In this document: positions 40,741 through 52,599 of the stretch, one piece after another
How the letters are laid out: each line of letters begins with the position of its first letter
How positions within the stretch are numbered: the stretch's first letter is position 1
Assembly: GCA_965233585.1 (NCBI GenBank)
Contig: CBDDTI010000747.1
Span: 384,001 to 448,000 of the forward strand
Length of the DNA: 64,000 bases
Direction: 5' to 3'
Source: a bacterium
Lineage (GTDB): Bacteria > SAR324 > NAC60-12
Program-made: the position numbers and the translations under genes
Notes under the pieces: model-generated
Databases searched by the model: none
The model's input: only the letters and a program-made list of their open reading frames with translations
Told to the model about the DNA's origin: nothing

Positions 40741-42452
40741 AGCATTGATCCTTTTCTATGTGGGTTAAAATTAAAATGCAAAATTCTATCTTTCCATAAA
40801 AACAATGTCAATACCATACATATAAAAAATAAAAAATATCCCAAGCTGTTTTTAAATTCTCTATAAAATGAGAATCGTTTGCTTAGTTTGACTGTATGTG
40901 TGAAAGCCCCTTCTTGAAATAAACCTAAGACTCTCCCCTCTACTTTTCCTAATAAATTCACAAACTTGGTCTCCCCATTATTTGAGGCATATAGAAATGG
41001 GACACGTGTTTCAATGGCATTCCAGCGAATCATATTTTCTAACATATCAGAGGCGTTGGTTCTTCCAAACCATGCAAGGTTACTCAGATTCACTATGAAT
41101 TGAGTCCCGTTTTGAACCATCTGTCTTGGGATTTCAGGGTCAAACATATCAAAACAAATTGTTCCTGTCAGTTGAAGATTTTCTGAAATTTTAAAAACAG
41201 AATACTCTTGACCTGCTTCAAATTGACTCACTTGAGGAATCACTCTTTTCACAAAACGACCAAACCAAGGAGCAACATCGGCAAATGGAATGTATTCACC
41301 AAATGGGATTAAAAGAATTTTGTCATACTTTCCTATGACCTCTCCATCAGGATTGAGCAACAAGGACGAACTATAATACTTTCTTTCTCCTTCAATTAAA
41401 TCCCAACCTATTGTTGTCAGTAGCAAATAAACATTTGCATTTTGAACAAAAGACTTGACAATCTCCCGTGCCTTTTGGTTGTGAAAATAAGCAGATGAGA
41501 AGGTTGATTCAGGCCAGACGACAAGAGAAGGTACACTAGAGGAAGGTGACTTTTCTAACTCTTTGATAGAATCATCAATGAGTCCAGAAATATTATAGGC
41601 TCTTTTGGAAAATGTAAGGTCTGGGTTGGAGGCTAAGTTAGCAAGTGAAAAGTTAGGTTGTATCGTCACAACTTGTAAAGGTTGCCCCTGATTGAGTGTG
41701 GGTTTTAAATCAAATTCTCTCCAAAATCCATAAGAAAACGTCATCAAAAACATCAAAACGTAGATGCAAGTGAATTTTTTGAGCAAAGCAAATGGTTGTG
41801 TCAAATTGACTTGGGTAGAATTGCTTTGACACTCAAAAGAACGCCATAAACCTAAAAGTAAAAAATTTGAACCTATGACAAAGAATCCCAACCCTGTTGC
41901 CCCAATGAGGTCTGCCGCTTGCGATAAAAATGGAGTCTGCCTAAAGGTCATAGAACCAAAAGACCAGTGAAAAAATCTGGGGTATTGAGCATCAAAAAAT
42001 AATGCTAAAAAAATCCTAAATGGTAAATCTGCAACCAATGGTTGACGAATCAAAAAACAGGGGAGGACAAAGCAAACAAAAAGAATCCCGCCTAATTCCA
42101 AGCCGTATCCAAAACCATTGATTGCCAATGCAATCCAATAAGGGAGATGACCGAAGACCTCCAAACTATGTGCAATCCAAGGCGCACCAAGCACAGAAGC
42201 AACCGAAGCCGTCAACCAACAACAAAGCAAACTGGTTGCAACTTTTTTAAGGAAGGAATGCTGAAGAGCCTGTAAACGGTCTATCAGCACCAATAAGGGG
42301 AATAACCCAACAAGCCAAAGATATTGGTAGTACAGGTATTGAGTTGCAACTCCAAGCATCACTCCTGAAGTTGCAATGCACAGAAGCCAAGAGGCTGGGT
42401 TATTGAAGTGTTTGCCCATGACTTCTGAGGTCTCGGCAAGCTTGGACAACAC
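40737..42452 (-). CDS. lnt: Apolipoprotein N-acyltransferase
   Basis: VVWPES, YDKILLIPFGEYIP, ICFD, NLSNLAWFG, RWNAIE. Start codon uncertain. Confidence 0.92.
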   Translation of the reverse strand: MLSKLAETSEVMGKHFNNPASWLLCIATSGVMLGVATQYLYYQYLWLVGLFPLLVLIDRLQALQHSFLKKVATSLLCCWLTASVASVLGAPWIAHSLEVFGHLPYWIALAINGFGYGLELGGILFVCFVLPCFLIRQPLVADLPFRIFLALFFDAQYPRFFHWSFGSMTFRQTPFLSQAADLIGATGLGFFVIGSNFLLLGLWRSFECQSNSTQVNLTQPFALLKKFTCIYVLMFLMTFSYGFWREFDLKPTLNQGQPLQVVTIQPNFSLANLASNPDLTFSKRAYNISGLIDDSIKELEKSPSSSVPSLVVWPESTFSSAYFHNQKAREIVKSFVQNANVYLLLTTIGWDLIEGERKYYSSSLLLNPDGEVIGKYDKILLIPFGEYIPFADVAPWFGRFVKRVIPQVSQFEAGQEYSVFKISENLQLTGTICFDMFDPEIPRQMVQNGTQFIVNLSNLAWFGRTNASDMLENMIRWNAIETRVPFLYASNNGETKFVNLLGKVEGRVLGLFQEGAFTHTVKLSKRFSFYREFKNSLGYFLFFICMVLTLFLWKDRILHFNFNPHRKGSML

Positions 42453-43413
42453 GTTCTTTCATACTTGCCTCTGCTTTTTTGAGATAAGATCGCGGGTCAT
42501 AAGTCTTTTTATTGCCAACCTCATGATCCACTTTCAACACTCCGTCATAGTTTTTCATCACGTGATCTACAATCGGTCTTGTATAAGCATATTGCGTGTC
42601 TGTGTCTATGTTCATCTTGATGACACCGTAATCTAAGGTTGCATGAATATCAGAAAGATCCGACCCTGAACCCCCATGAAACACAAGGTACATGGTGTCA
42701 TTATACTTACTAAAAACCGCATCTTGACCATCTTTCAACACTTGGGGTCTTAACTTCACATTCCCGGGCTTATACACCCCATGCACATTGCCAAAAGTTG
42801 CTGCCAACATGAACTTTCCACGTTTGTTCAGCGACTCATAAACTGCCAACATCTCCTCTGTTGTTGTATAAAGTTGCTCATTGGCTACTCCAGAGTTATC
42901 GTGTCCGTCTTCTTCCCCGCCAACGACACCTGCTTCTACTTCAAGAATGATTTCACTTTTTGCACAACGTTCCAAAAGTTTTTCTGCAATTTCAAGGTTT
43001 TCTTTTAATGGCACAGTTGAGCCATCAAACATGTGTGAATTAAACAGATTTGGCAGTCCTTTCGCACGCCTTCTTTCTGTCTCTTCTACAAGTGGTTCAA
43101 GATATGTTGCAAGTTTCTCCTTCACACAATGGTCTGTATGCAACGCAATGTTAACATCAAAATCTTGTGCAATGAACCTTGTATATTCTGCAAGAGCGAT
43201 TGCACCTTTGACCATACTTTTGACTGAACCTGAAGCGAACTCTGCTCCACCCGTAGAAACCTGAATGATTCCATCGCTTTGACTTTCTGCTAACCCAGCC
43301 AAAACAGCATTGACTGTGGACATTGATGTGATATTAAATGCAGGGTATGCAAAATGGTTGTCTCTTGCATGTTCTAGCATCTGGCAATATTTGTCATAAT
43401 CAACAACTGGCAT
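42400..43413 (-). CDS. fbaA: Class II fructose-bisphosphate aldolase
   Basis: ALHTDHC, SHMFDGS, GGEEDG, FGNVHGVYKPG, VFHGGSGS, KMNIDTD. Confidence 0.97.
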   Translation of the reverse strand: MPVVDYDKYCQMLEHARDNHFAYPAFNITSMSTVNAVLAGLAESQSDGIIQVSTGGAEFASGSVKSMVKGAIALAEYTRFIAQDFDVNIALHTDHCVKEKLATYLEPLVEETERRRAKGLPNLFNSHMFDGSTVPLKENLEIAEKLLERCAKSEIILEVEAGVVGGEEDGHDNSGVANEQLYTTTEEMLAVYESLNKRGKFMLAATFGNVHGVYKPGNVKLRPQVLKDGQDAVFSKYNDTMYLVFHGGSGSDLSDIHATLDYGVIKMNIDTDTQYAYTRPIVDHVMKNYDGVLKVDHEVGNKKTYDPRSYLKKAEASMKERVVQACRDLRSHGQTLQ

Positions 43414-43609
43414 AATTTTCTCCTCTTATCTGACAATGATTAAAAGCCTAACAATCTAACATAAACCTTTGATAATCTCCAAATCCAAATTGCACATGGA
43501 CAGGTTTTGATTGACACCATCGTCAGTCAGTGTATGATTTTTTCTTCAAAAATAGGGACAAGTTGCCCAAAAATGAATCCTTGAAAAATCTCAAAACCCA
43601 AGTGAAAAG

Positions 43610-44347
43610 ATGCAAAAAATTGGTGTGATGACAGCCATGCCAGAGGAGATGAAGCATTTTTGCAGTCAACATCAGTTTGAGCAAAAGATTGGTCAAGTGG
43701 AATTTTGGAGGGGAAAAATCTCAAAAAAAGAGGTGGTATTTGCAAGCTGTGGACTTGGCAAAGTGAATGCGGCTCAAGTGGCATGCCTGTTGATTCATCA
43801 TTTTCAATGTCAAAGCCTTCTTTTTTCTGGAATAGCTGGCGGACTAGACCCGAGTCTTGAGAAAGGAGATGTTGTGATTGCAAAGTCTGTCATTTGCCAC
43901 GATTACGGACGCATTGAAAATTCAGAGTTAGTTGCTTACCAACCCGGTAGAATGCCCTTACACGGACAAAATCAAAATCATGGGTACTTCTTAAGTGAAT
44001 CTTTACAAGCAAAACTTGAATCCTCTTTTAAAGCCCCTGCCTTACAAAAAATTTCAGAAAAAATGCCACAAGTGGTTTTTGGGAAGATTTTGACAGGGGA
44101 TACTTTTTTAAACTGCAAAGCCACGCGAAAAAAACTTTTTGACAGGTACCATGCACAAGCGATTGAGATGGAAGGTGCTGCCATTGCTCAAGTCTGTCAA
44201 AATTTTAACGTCCCTTGGACTATTGTGAGGTCTCTTTCAGATTTGTCAGGAGAAGAAAGCGTGAGTCATTTTGCAAAGTTTTTGAAGACTGCAGCATACA
44301 ATGCCGCTTTGGTTTCACGTCAGCTGATAAAACAATCCTTGTCATAA
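43610..44347 (+). CDS. mtnN: 5'-methylthioadenosine/S-adenosylhomocysteine nucleosidase
   Basis: IGVMTAMPEE, GLGKVNAA, SGIAGGL, EMEGAAIAQ, RSLSD. Confidence 0.93.
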   Translation: MQKIGVMTAMPEEMKHFCSQHQFEQKIGQVEFWRGKISKKEVVFASCGLGKVNAAQVACLLIHHFQCQSLLFSGIAGGLDPSLEKGDVVIAKSVICHDYGRIENSELVAYQPGRMPLHGQNQNHGYFLSESLQAKLESSFKAPALQKISEKMPQVVFGKILTGDTFLNCKATRKKLFDRYHAQAIEMEGAAIAQVCQNFNVPWTIVRSLSDLSGEESVSHFAKFLKTAAYNAALVSRQLIKQSLS

Positions 44348-44414
44348 AGATAGGAAACCATTTAGAATATTTCTTTTTATAATTTTGCCCTAACCTGTTT
44401 AATTTGGATTTACC

Positions 44415-45740
44415 ATGAAAAAATTATCTCATCGTCTTTGGACGCTTGGCTTTGCGTCGCTCATCATTACCTCATGTAACCTGAACGAAGGTGGCTCTTC
44501 AGGAGATGAGGAACAAGAAACAGACCCCACCGCACCAGAAAACCCAGTCAATGACGTTGTCTTCACAGACACGGCAGAAGACAAAGCCCAACGAAAAGCA
44601 TTAAAAGACCTTTGGATTAAAATCATGGCAGACTATAATCCCACTTATCCATTCACTGAAAGAGCTGAACAAGATACGGGTGCTATTTTTGCCACCAAGC
44701 CTTCATTTAAATCACCTTATCAAGTTGCCGTGCATTCTGACCGCTTCAAAAATCATGCTTTGAATTGGTACAACTTCTATCGCACAGTTGGCAGATTGAC
44801 TAACGTAACCATTGATACCACTGCTCAAAAACAAGCAGAAGCCTGTGCCACTGGTTTAACAGCAATAAGAGCCTTTAAGCATGGCTTAAATGCAGCCGAA
44901 AAAGCGAAAATCACTGCCAGATTTTCTCAACAAGTGGCTGATGGTGCCAGTTCAGGGTCTGCCACCTCTAACCTTTGGCGACACGCCTCTGGGTCAAATT
45001 TTAAATTTCATGGCACCGTTGAGATGAATTTTACTGAAGGCAAGATGTTGGATGCAGGTGGGAAAGTCAGCATAAGTCCTAGCTCTATGGGGCATCGTTG
45101 GTGGGGTTTAAAGGCAGGCACTAAAACGTTTGGTGTTGGTTTTGTGGCGACTAATCAATCAGGTGATGCGGAGAATGGAAAATGGACACTTGCCTGCTAT
45201 AAGGTGACGGGTGGCGGTGTAAGTTCAGCAACCCTGCCAGCACGCGATTATTCTGCTTTTCCTAACGGCTACTTTCCTATTCAAGCGGATATGGAGAAAG
45301 TAGCCTCGGTAGGGAATAAAAACTTCTTAAAGCGGACTCGACAGCCCATCTCCCTCCATTCTTGGAAACGTAACTACTACACAGTCTGGACTTTGCAGAA
45401 CTTCAAAGGTTACACCATCACCAGAGGGAAAGAAGTGAAAGTGACCATTCGCAAAAATGCCAAAAATGGCAAGGTGCTAGATAGCATTACCACCACCTGG
45501 GCTGGTACCCCAACCTCTAGGGATGATGGGGCATTTTTGCGGGCACACAACAAAGGAGCCAGTGGTGCAGGTAATCATATGATTATTAAGCCAAAGCACG
45601 GTATCATTTCTGGTGCTTTTAAAGCGGTACAAGGCAACGGAGAAAAACGAGCCTTTCACATCACCATTGAAGGGGAAGCAATCAGTCCAAAAATTGAATA
45701 CCACATCGTTTATTACGATTTAGAACACTACCAAGAGTAG
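44415..45740 (+). CDS. Lipoprotein with a probable CAP/SCP-like domain
   Basis: Lipobox IITSC; ALNWYNFYR, AQKQAEAC and MGHRWWGL resemble CAP motifs. Confidence 0.6.
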   Translation: MKKLSHRLWTLGFASLIITSCNLNEGGSSGDEEQETDPTAPENPVNDVVFTDTAEDKAQRKALKDLWIKIMADYNPTYPFTERAEQDTGAIFATKPSFKSPYQVAVHSDRFKNHALNWYNFYRTVGRLTNVTIDTTAQKQAEACATGLTAIRAFKHGLNAAEKAKITARFSQQVADGASSGSATSNLWRHASGSNFKFHGTVEMNFTEGKMLDAGGKVSISPSSMGHRWWGLKAGTKTFGVGFVATNQSGDAENGKWTLACYKVTGGGVSSATLPARDYSAFPNGYFPIQADMEKVASVGNKNFLKRTRQPISLHSWKRNYYTVWTLQNFKGYTITRGKEVKVTIRKNAKNGKVLDSITTTWAGTPTSRDDGAFLRAHNKGASGAGNHMIIKPKHGIISGAFKAVQGNGEKRAFHITIEGEAISPKIEYHIVYYDLEHYQE

Positions 45741-45836
45741 AGTCCATCGCTAGCCAGACCCAAAGCCAAATCAAATTCATTCCAGACTGGGTTTGAAACC
45801 TTCAGCAATATTTTTTAAAAAATAAATGAGGCAAAA

Positions 45837-47375
45837 ATGATTCATTCAAAGGACTCTTCTGATTTTTTAGAAGTTTTACAAATACAAGACCAAAACTACG
45901 GTGTGGCAATAGGTGGCAAAGAGTGGCTCAAAAATACAAACGTCAATAATTTGTCATCTTTCAATCCGACTGACAACACTGTGATTGCCAAAGTGTATGA
46001 GGGCAACCGAGCTGATTATCATACTGTCATTGAACATGCTCATCAGGCGTTTGGCACTTGGAGAATGCTTCCTGCCCCAAAAAGAGGCGAAGTCGTGCGT
46101 GCCATTGGTGAAAAGCTGAGGCAGTATAAAAAAGAGTTAGGTGCATTGGTCAGTTTGGAAATGGGTAAGATTCTGCAAGAAGGTGAGGGAGAAGTCCAAG
46201 AGATGATAGACATTGCAGATTTTGCAGTGGGATTGTCAAGGCAACTTTACGGCAAGACAATGCACTCTGAAAGAGAACAGCACCGAATGTATGAGCAATA
46301 TCACCCTTTGGGAATTGTGGGTGTGATTTCTGCCTTTAACTTTCCCGTGGCAGTCTGGTCTTGGAATGCTTTGATTGCCGCAGTTTGTGGAAATGTAGTG
46401 GTCTGGAAGCCCTCCCTTAAAACTCCTTTGTGTGCTGTGGCTGTTCAACATATTTGCGACGAAGTGTTGAAAGATTTTGGACTTACTGGCATTTTTAATC
46501 TGGTCATTGGTTCAGACCAAGACGTTGGAGAGGCACTGACAGAAGACCACCGTGTGCCATTAATTTCTGCAACAGGTTCTACTAGAATGGGACAGCATGT
46601 TGCAACCAAAGTGGCAGCAAGATTGGGCAAGACTATTTTGGAGCTAGGTGGCAACAATGGCATCATCTTAGACAAAGATGCTGACTTCAGCCTTGCCATT
46701 CCAGCCATTGTCTTTGGAGCGGTTGGCACTGCTGGGCAACGATGCACCACCACCAGAAGACTCTTTGTGCATCATAGTCAGTATGAAGAAGTTTTGATGC
46801 AGCTAAAGAATGCCTATGCACAAATCGCAATAGGCAATCCTCTGGAGGGGGCTTTGTTGGGACCTTTGATTGATCAGGCAGCAGTGAACGATTATGAAAA
46901 CGCTATCGCATTAGCCAAGTCACAAGGTGGAGAAGTCGTTTACGGAGGTTCAGCCTTGCACCATCAGGCAGGGAATTTTGTTGAGCCAACTCTCATCAAA
47001 GCAAAATCTTCTTTTGATATTGTCAAAACTGAAACGTTTGCACCCATTTTATACGTGATGAGCTACGAGCATTTGGACGAAGCAATCCAAATGCACAATG
47101 ACGTCCCGCAAGGACTTTCTTCAGCAATCTTTACTAACAATCTCATCAGTGCAGAAACCTTTTTGTCTCATCAAGGCAGTGATTGTGGCATTGCAAACGT
47201 CAACATTGGCACATCAGGGGCAGAAATCGGGGGGGCTTTTGGTGGAGAAAAAGAGACAGGAGGAGGCAGAGAGGCAGGTTCTGATGCGTGGAAGGCTTAC
47301 ATGAGACGCCAAACAAACACCATCAACTGGGGTGCAAAACTTCCTTTAGCTCAAGGAATTAAATTTGAAATCTAA
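45837..47375 (+). CDS. ALDH7/antiquitin-type aldehyde dehydrogenase (piperideine-6-carboxylate dehydrogenase-like)
   Basis: [53 protein letters not shown]. Confidence 0.93.
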   Translation: MIHSKDSSDFLEVLQIQDQNYGVAIGGKEWLKNTNVNNLSSFNPTDNTVIAKVYEGNRADYHTVIEHAHQAFGTWRMLPAPKRGEVVRAIGEKLRQYKKELGALVSLEMGKILQEGEGEVQEMIDIADFAVGLSRQLYGKTMHSEREQHRMYEQYHPLGIVGVISAFNFPVAVWSWNALIAAVCGNVVVWKPSLKTPLCAVAVQHICDEVLKDFGLTGIFNLVIGSDQDVGEALTEDHRVPLISATGSTRMGQHVATKVAARLGKTILELGGNNGIILDKDADFSLAIPAIVFGAVGTAGQRCTTTRRLFVHHSQYEEVLMQLKNAYAQIAIGNPLEGALLGPLIDQAAVNDYENAIALAKSQGGEVVYGGSALHHQAGNFVEPTLIKAKSSFDIVKTETFAPILYVMSYEHLDEAIQMHNDVPQGLSSAIFTNNLISAETFLSHQGSDCGIANVNIGTSGAEIGGAFGGEKETGGGREAGSDAWKAYMRRQTNTINWGAKLPLAQGIKFEI

Positions 47376-47398
47376 TTTCTTTGAGTAGGCAACCCAAG

Positions 47399-48361
47399 AT
47401 GCTGACAACCAAGCTGACAACTGCTTTCGGTCTCAAATATCCTGTCATTTCAGCACCAATGGCAGTTGCCTCAACTGCCAATTTGGCTTGTGCTGTATCA
47501 GATGCAGGGGGATTAGGTTGCATTGGTGGTGGCTTTGGTGATTTGGATTGGATACGAAGCCAATTTTCTCAATGCAATGTCAGTCATTTGGGCTGTGGTT
47601 TGATCACTTGGGCATTAGATGAAAAACCAGAAGTTTTAGATGTGGTGTTAGATGCCAACCCCAAAGCTGTCTTCTTGTCGTTTGGCAATCCTGACAAATA
47701 TACGCAAAAAGTCAAAGACCGAGGCATCACTCTCATTTGTCAAATCCAAACTCTCAAAGATGCCAAACATGCCCTAGATTGTGGTGCTGATGTTCTTGTG
47801 GCACAAGGAGCTGAAGCTGGGGGGCATGGGCAAGAACGTTCTACTTTCACTCTAGTCCCAGAAGTTGCTGACCTCATCATTAGAAGTGGTTCTAACTCAT
47901 TACTTTGTGCCGCAGGTGGTATTGCTGACGGTAGAGGTTTAGCCGCCACTTTGATGTTGGGTGCTGATGGCGTCGTCGTGGGGTCAAGATTTTGGGCATG
48001 TCAAGAAGCCGCAGTACATCAAAACATGCTGCATGCCGCAACCCAAGCCACAGGTGATGACACCATCAGAAGTTGTGTCATGGACATTGCCAGACAACTT
48101 GGCTGGCCCAGACGTTACACCGCAAGAGTTCTAAAAAATCAGTTCATCAAACGTTGGCACGGCAAAGAGGAGAGTTTAGCCCAAGTTTGGCAAGAAGAGT
48201 CCCCCAAATGGAAAGAGGCTTGGCAAGCTGGTGATGTAGAAAAAAGCAATACTTTTGTTGGCGAATCTGTGGGATTAATCAACAGCATTGAAACCGCTGA
48301 ATCTGTCATGCAAAACATGGTTACACAGGCAAGATCGTTACTCCAAAAAACGTGGGCATAA
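47399..48361 (+). CDS. Nitronate monooxygenase family flavoprotein
   Basis: PVISAPM, VAQGAEAGGH, AAGGIADGRG, GADGVVVGSRF. Confidence 0.92.
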   Translation: MLTTKLTTAFGLKYPVISAPMAVASTANLACAVSDAGGLGCIGGGFGDLDWIRSQFSQCNVSHLGCGLITWALDEKPEVLDVVLDANPKAVFLSFGNPDKYTQKVKDRGITLICQIQTLKDAKHALDCGADVLVAQGAEAGGHGQERSTFTLVPEVADLIIRSGSNSLLCAAGGIADGRGLAATLMLGADGVVVGSRFWACQEAAVHQNMLHAATQATGDDTIRSCVMDIARQLGWPRRYTARVLKNQFIKRWHGKEESLAQVWQEESPKWKEAWQAGDVEKSNTFVGESVGLINSIETAESVMQNMVTQARSLLQKTWA

Positions 48362-48678
48362 TCCACCAACGACTAAAACATCTTCCTCCTTCCTCAAACT
48401 TCTAAACACTCATCACTCAAACTACCCCAAGCCATTTATTTTGAGCAAATTCAATCCGCTTACGACCAAATGCCTCAAAAAATGGCATGAATCACACAAT
48501 GACATGTTGGCAATGAACTTAAAAGTCTTGTCCATTCTGATTCATTGATGATGAAAAGCCAATCACGAAAAAAAACAATTTTAAAAGTTGCATTTGTTTT
48601 CCAAGGTCTGCTAGAATCCTTAACTCTCTTTTATTTCTTTTTTTTCATTCTGATTTAACCATGATTTAGGAGTTTCTT

Positions 48679-49916
48679 ATGCTAGAACAAATCAAATCCA
48701 TTCAAAACTTGCTGTCAGGGGGGGGGCTTTTTATGACAAGATAATCGTTTTCTTGACACTTCTGGTCTTAGCAGGTTGCACACCTCCTGCTGAAGAAAAT
48801 AAGGAGGGAGAGACGAAGAAGGGTGAAGCTACGTGCGAGGTCAACTCAAACAGTTCTGTCTCAACAGGTCAAGAATTGGTTGCCAATTTCACTTGCACTA
48901 CCACATCAATTTATCAAGGCAAAAAATTAAACATCACTTACGATGAAAGTTTGACTTCCTTGAAGCTGGTCGTCTCAGGTGAAGAAACAACGGGGCAAAG
49001 TGGAAAACTCACCTACACCTTACCTAAACAAGAAGAATTTCAAGCCAAACTGAAGTTAACAGGAGTCACAACAGGCAAGGGACAACTCAAGTTTAAGATT
49101 TTGAGCAAAAAATCAAACTGGGATTTTACAGTGGTACAAGGGGGACCAAAAGCATTGACGTTGGGTGCAGCGGTTGCGTCAACTGCTTTTACCAAGATGC
49201 AAGACACATCAGGCAAAGCCTATGGACGTTCAGTGATGAGGTTAGACACTTCTCAAACTTTAGTTTCCAATGACGAGGAACATTGCGAAGATGCTCCTTT
49301 GAATGCCTTGCTTGTCTCATCAGATAGCTTTGTCAATTGTGAGAAAGTGCATGTTCAGAAAGGCAACAACACCAATCATGTCATCATTCCCAAACAAACT
49401 TGGGACTTGAACAAAACCTACAAAGTAGCAGTCAAGACAGCTGGCGGTGCTTCTGCATTCAATCGCTCTGGCAATCCTGTCTCCTTCACCACTAATAATG
49501 CCAACCACAACACAGCGGCTCACATCACAGGCTTTGATGTTGGGTCAAGACCTAAGGTGCTAAACAATCAATTCCACTTAGAAAAAGATGGAGAACTCTG
49601 GTATTACATCAGTAAAGGTGAGACAGTACCAAGATATGATGCCAGTGAATGTCGGACAATCAACTACAAGGCAACAGATAACAAACAATTCAAAAACCTT
49701 ACTGGCATCAATCAAGCTGATAGAGTGTTTGCTAGGACTATTTTAGATGGTAACACTAGCCACTATCTTGTTACTGGAACTAGTACTCGCACCAATGTCT
49801 ATCCACTCCGTGCATCAAGAGACGGTAATGCTGGTCAACAGAATCTTAGAGTAGGGGCTAGATTTGCTGATATTTACTATTACTTGTGTTTTGTGAAGAC
49901 TCCAGAACGTTCTTAA
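48679..49916 (+). pseudogene. Modular lipoprotein paralog 2 (variable C-terminus type), frameshifted at a G9 tract (putative phase OFF)
   Basis: ATG 48679 MLEQIKSIQNLLS; G9 at 48718-48726 leads to TAA at 48742. Downstream frame intact, with an LAGC lipobox. Confidence 0.85.
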
Positions 49917-49939
49917 ACGTTTTCGTTGCTTCTTCCTTT

Positions 49940-50250
49940 TTGTCACTGCGGGCTTGACCCGCAATCTCTTCTTTTCTCAATCTTCCCTTTTTCTTTTCTT
50001 TGTTGTGGGCTTGTTTTTTTGTCATTCCTGCGGAAGCAGGAATCTATCCTTTAACTGCTGATGGATTCCGTGTCAGGCAACGAATGACTGATGAAGTTTG
50101 CAGTCTTGCATTTGGTCATTCCTGCCTCTTTTTTGTCATTCCTGCGAAGGCTCCGAATCCAGTCATGTAGGAATCCATGCTTGGTTTGGTGATAGATTCC
50201 GTGTCAGGCTGACTAATTTGACGTCATTGCTCACCTTGTTCCGCAATCTT
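49940..50250. repeat. REP-like palindrome cluster
   Basis: GTCATT/AATCT palindromes; a ~115-bp block is nearly identical to 51955-52070. Confidence 0.85.
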
Positions 50251-50422
50251 AAACTTTCATTTTTTCAAAAGCTGACTTGCTTGTTTCTTTGACTTTTTGC
50301 TCAAACCACTAAAAATAATCAAAATTCATCATTTTAAAAGTTGCATTTGTTTTGAATAGTTTGCTAGAATCGTTATCTTGTTTTTGTTCTTTTTCTTTTC
50401 AACCATTATTTAGGAGATTTTT

Positions 50423-51652
50423 ATGTTAGAACAACTCAAGTCCGTTCAGACCCTTTTTGTCAGGGGGGGGGCTTTTTATGACAAATCAATCATTTTCTTG
50501 ACACTTCTGGTCTTGGCAAGTTGCACACCGCCCAATGAAGAAAATGAGGAGGACGCCACACAGAATCAAGCCACTTGCGAGGTCTCCTCTGGCAATTCTT
50601 TGGAAACAGGTCAAGAATTGGTCGCAAACCTCACATGTAACGTATCAGAGACCCATCAAGGCGAAAAATTAAACATCACTTACGATGCAAGTTTGACGTC
50701 TTTGAAGCTGATTGTTGGAGAAAAAGAAACAGTCGGGCAAAGCGGGAAACTCACCCACACCTTACCTAAACAAGAAAAATTTCAAGCCAAGCTAAAGCTC
50801 ACAGGAGTCACAGCAGGCAAAGGGCAAATCCAATTCAAAATCTTGAGTCAAGAATCAAACTGGGGTTTTACAGTAGTTAGTGGAGTGAAGCCATTTTTAA
50901 GCGGGGTTGTTACAGCGTCAGTTTTTACTAAGATGCAAGACACATCAGGCAAAGCTTATGGACGTTCAGTGATGCGATTAGATACTTCTGAAACCCTCCT
51001 TTCCAATGACGAGACAGTTTGCAAAGATGCCCCTTTGAATGCACTGCTTGTCTCATCAGATGACTTTGTCACTTGTGAGAAAGTGCATGTTCAGAAAGGC
51101 AACAACACCAATCATGTCATCATTCCCAAACAAACTTGGGGCTTAAACGAAACTTACAAAGTTGCAGTGAGAACAGCAAGTGGTGCTTCTGCCTTCAATC
51201 GTTCTGGCAATGCCGTTTCCTTCACTACCAACAATGCCAATCACAACACGGCAGCTCACATTACCAGATTTGATGTGGCTTCGTTCTCTAAAGTAGATGG
51301 AAATAGCTTCCACTTGGAAAAAGATGGAGAACTCTGGTATTTCATCAACAAAGGACTCACTGCGCCAAGGTATGATGCCAGTGAATGTCAGGCAATCAAC
51401 TACAAGGCGACAGATGACAAACAATTTAAACATCTTGCTGGCAGAAGCAGGACTGACAAAGTGTTTGTCAGAACTATTTTAGATCAAAGTATTAATTACA
51501 TTGTTTCTGGTTCTAGTACTGGAGTTAATGCCCATTCACTCCTTGCACGTTTAGACGGTTTCAATGTTGCCCCCAATCATTCTCCAGTGGGACAGTCAAA
51601 AACTGGGGGACTCTATTATCTTTGTTCTGTGAAGATTCCAGAACGTTCCTAA
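50423..51652 (+). CDS. Modular lipoprotein paralog 3, G9 tract in frame (ON)
   Basis: G9 at 50463-50471 read as R-G-G-A; lipobox LASC. Confidence 0.9.
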   Translation: MLEQLKSVQTLFVRGGAFYDKSIIFLTLLVLASCTPPNEENEEDATQNQATCEVSSGNSLETGQELVANLTCNVSETHQGEKLNITYDASLTSLKLIVGEKETVGQSGKLTHTLPKQEKFQAKLKLTGVTAGKGQIQFKILSQESNWGFTVVSGVKPFLSGVVTASVFTKMQDTSGKAYGRSVMRLDTSETLLSNDETVCKDAPLNALLVSSDDFVTCEKVHVQKGNNTNHVIIPKQTWGLNETYKVAVRTASGASAFNRSGNAVSFTTNNANHNTAAHITRFDVASFSKVDGNSFHLEKDGELWYFINKGLTAPRYDASECQAINYKATDDKQFKHLAGRSRTDKVFVRTILDQSINYIVSGSSTGVNAHSLLARLDGFNVAPNHSPVGQSKTGGLYYLCSVKIPERS

Positions 51653-51699
51653 ACGTTTTCGTTTCTTTTTTTCCTTCCTACCTTCTCATTTGTTTAAGT

Positions 51700-51722
51700 A
51701 AAGGGGGCGTCCGCTCCCTTTT
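51700..51722 (+). terminator. Intrinsic terminator-like hairpin shared by paralogs 3, 4 and 6
   Basis: AAAGGGGGCGTCCGCTCCCTTTT; similar hairpins at ~54246-54272 and ~58077-58101. Confidence 0.6.
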
Positions 51723-51744
51723 CGTGACCTGCTGGCTTGCCTTT

Positions 51745-52075
51745 CAGCCATTGCTGACCTTGCCACCCTCAATCTCTCTTTTGTTTTTGAGATTCCGTGT
51801 CAGGCACTCAAGTGACGGGAGGATTTTGCTCACTTTGAAAACTGTCATTGTGGGCTTGACCCGCAATCTCAAGAACGTTCTTAATCGCTTTCGTTGTTTT
51901 TCAGATTCCGTGTCAGGCACGGAATGACTAAGACAAGCACCAAATGACAACTATTGTCATTCCTGCGAAAGCTCCGAATCCAGTCATGTAGGAATCTGTG
52001 CTTGGTTTGGTGATAGATTCCGTGTCAGGTTGACTAATTTGACGTCATTGCTCACCTTGTTCCGCAATCTGACTC
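51745..52075. repeat. REP-like palindrome cluster
   Basis: Same palindrome families as elsewhere in the window. Confidence 0.85.
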
Positions 52076-52152
52076 TTGTTTAGAGATTGCTTTTAGAAAG
52101 ATTATCGTGCCATAATCTTTTCTTTTCGTTCAGGGTTTTCAGATTTCGGGCA

Positions 52153-52566
52153 ATGCAAGCACCACACGGATTTTACAAAAAGCTAGTTTCCAACGGCTTT
52201 ACAAGAGAACAAGCAGAAGGACTCACAGAAGCACATACCGAATTTTTTGAAGAAGTCTTGGAACGAGAGACCAAACTCATCAAAGTAGATTTTAAAAGTG
52301 AGCTTGCCACCAAGGAAGATGTCCAGAATGTCAAAGATGAACTGAAAGATGTCAGAGATGAACTGAAAGAAGACATTCAAAATGTCAGAGATGAACTGAA
52401 AGAAGACATTCAAAATGTCAGAGATGAGCTGAAAGAAGACATCTATTTTTTAAAAGGAGACCAGAAACTCCTTAAATGGATGGTTGCTTTTGGCATTTCT
52501 TTAAATCTAATCACACTTGGGGTGCTATTAGCCTTTTTGTTCTCTTTTCTCCCTCCTGCCAAATAA
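52153..52566 (+). CDS. DUF1640/CCDC90-like coiled-coil membrane-anchored protein
   Basis: LVSNGFTREQAEGL, LATKED, 11-aa EDIQNVRDELK repeats, LLKWMV followed by a TM segment. Confidence 0.8.
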   Translation: MQAPHGFYKKLVSNGFTREQAEGLTEAHTEFFEEVLERETKLIKVDFKSELATKEDVQNVKDELKDVRDELKEDIQNVRDELKEDIQNVRDELKEDIYFLKGDQKLLKWMVAFGISLNLITLGVLLAFLFSFLPPAK

Positions 52567-52599
52567 AACCCTGTCTTTTTTAGTAACGCTTGTTTTTTT

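Noticed and set aside
48753..48790. TTG starts called by the ORF track for paralogs 1, 2 and 6 (22763, 48753, 56924)
   Set aside because: They lie inside the signal h-region, have no SD and would give non-functional signal peptides. The homologous ATG starts are upstream of the G tracts.
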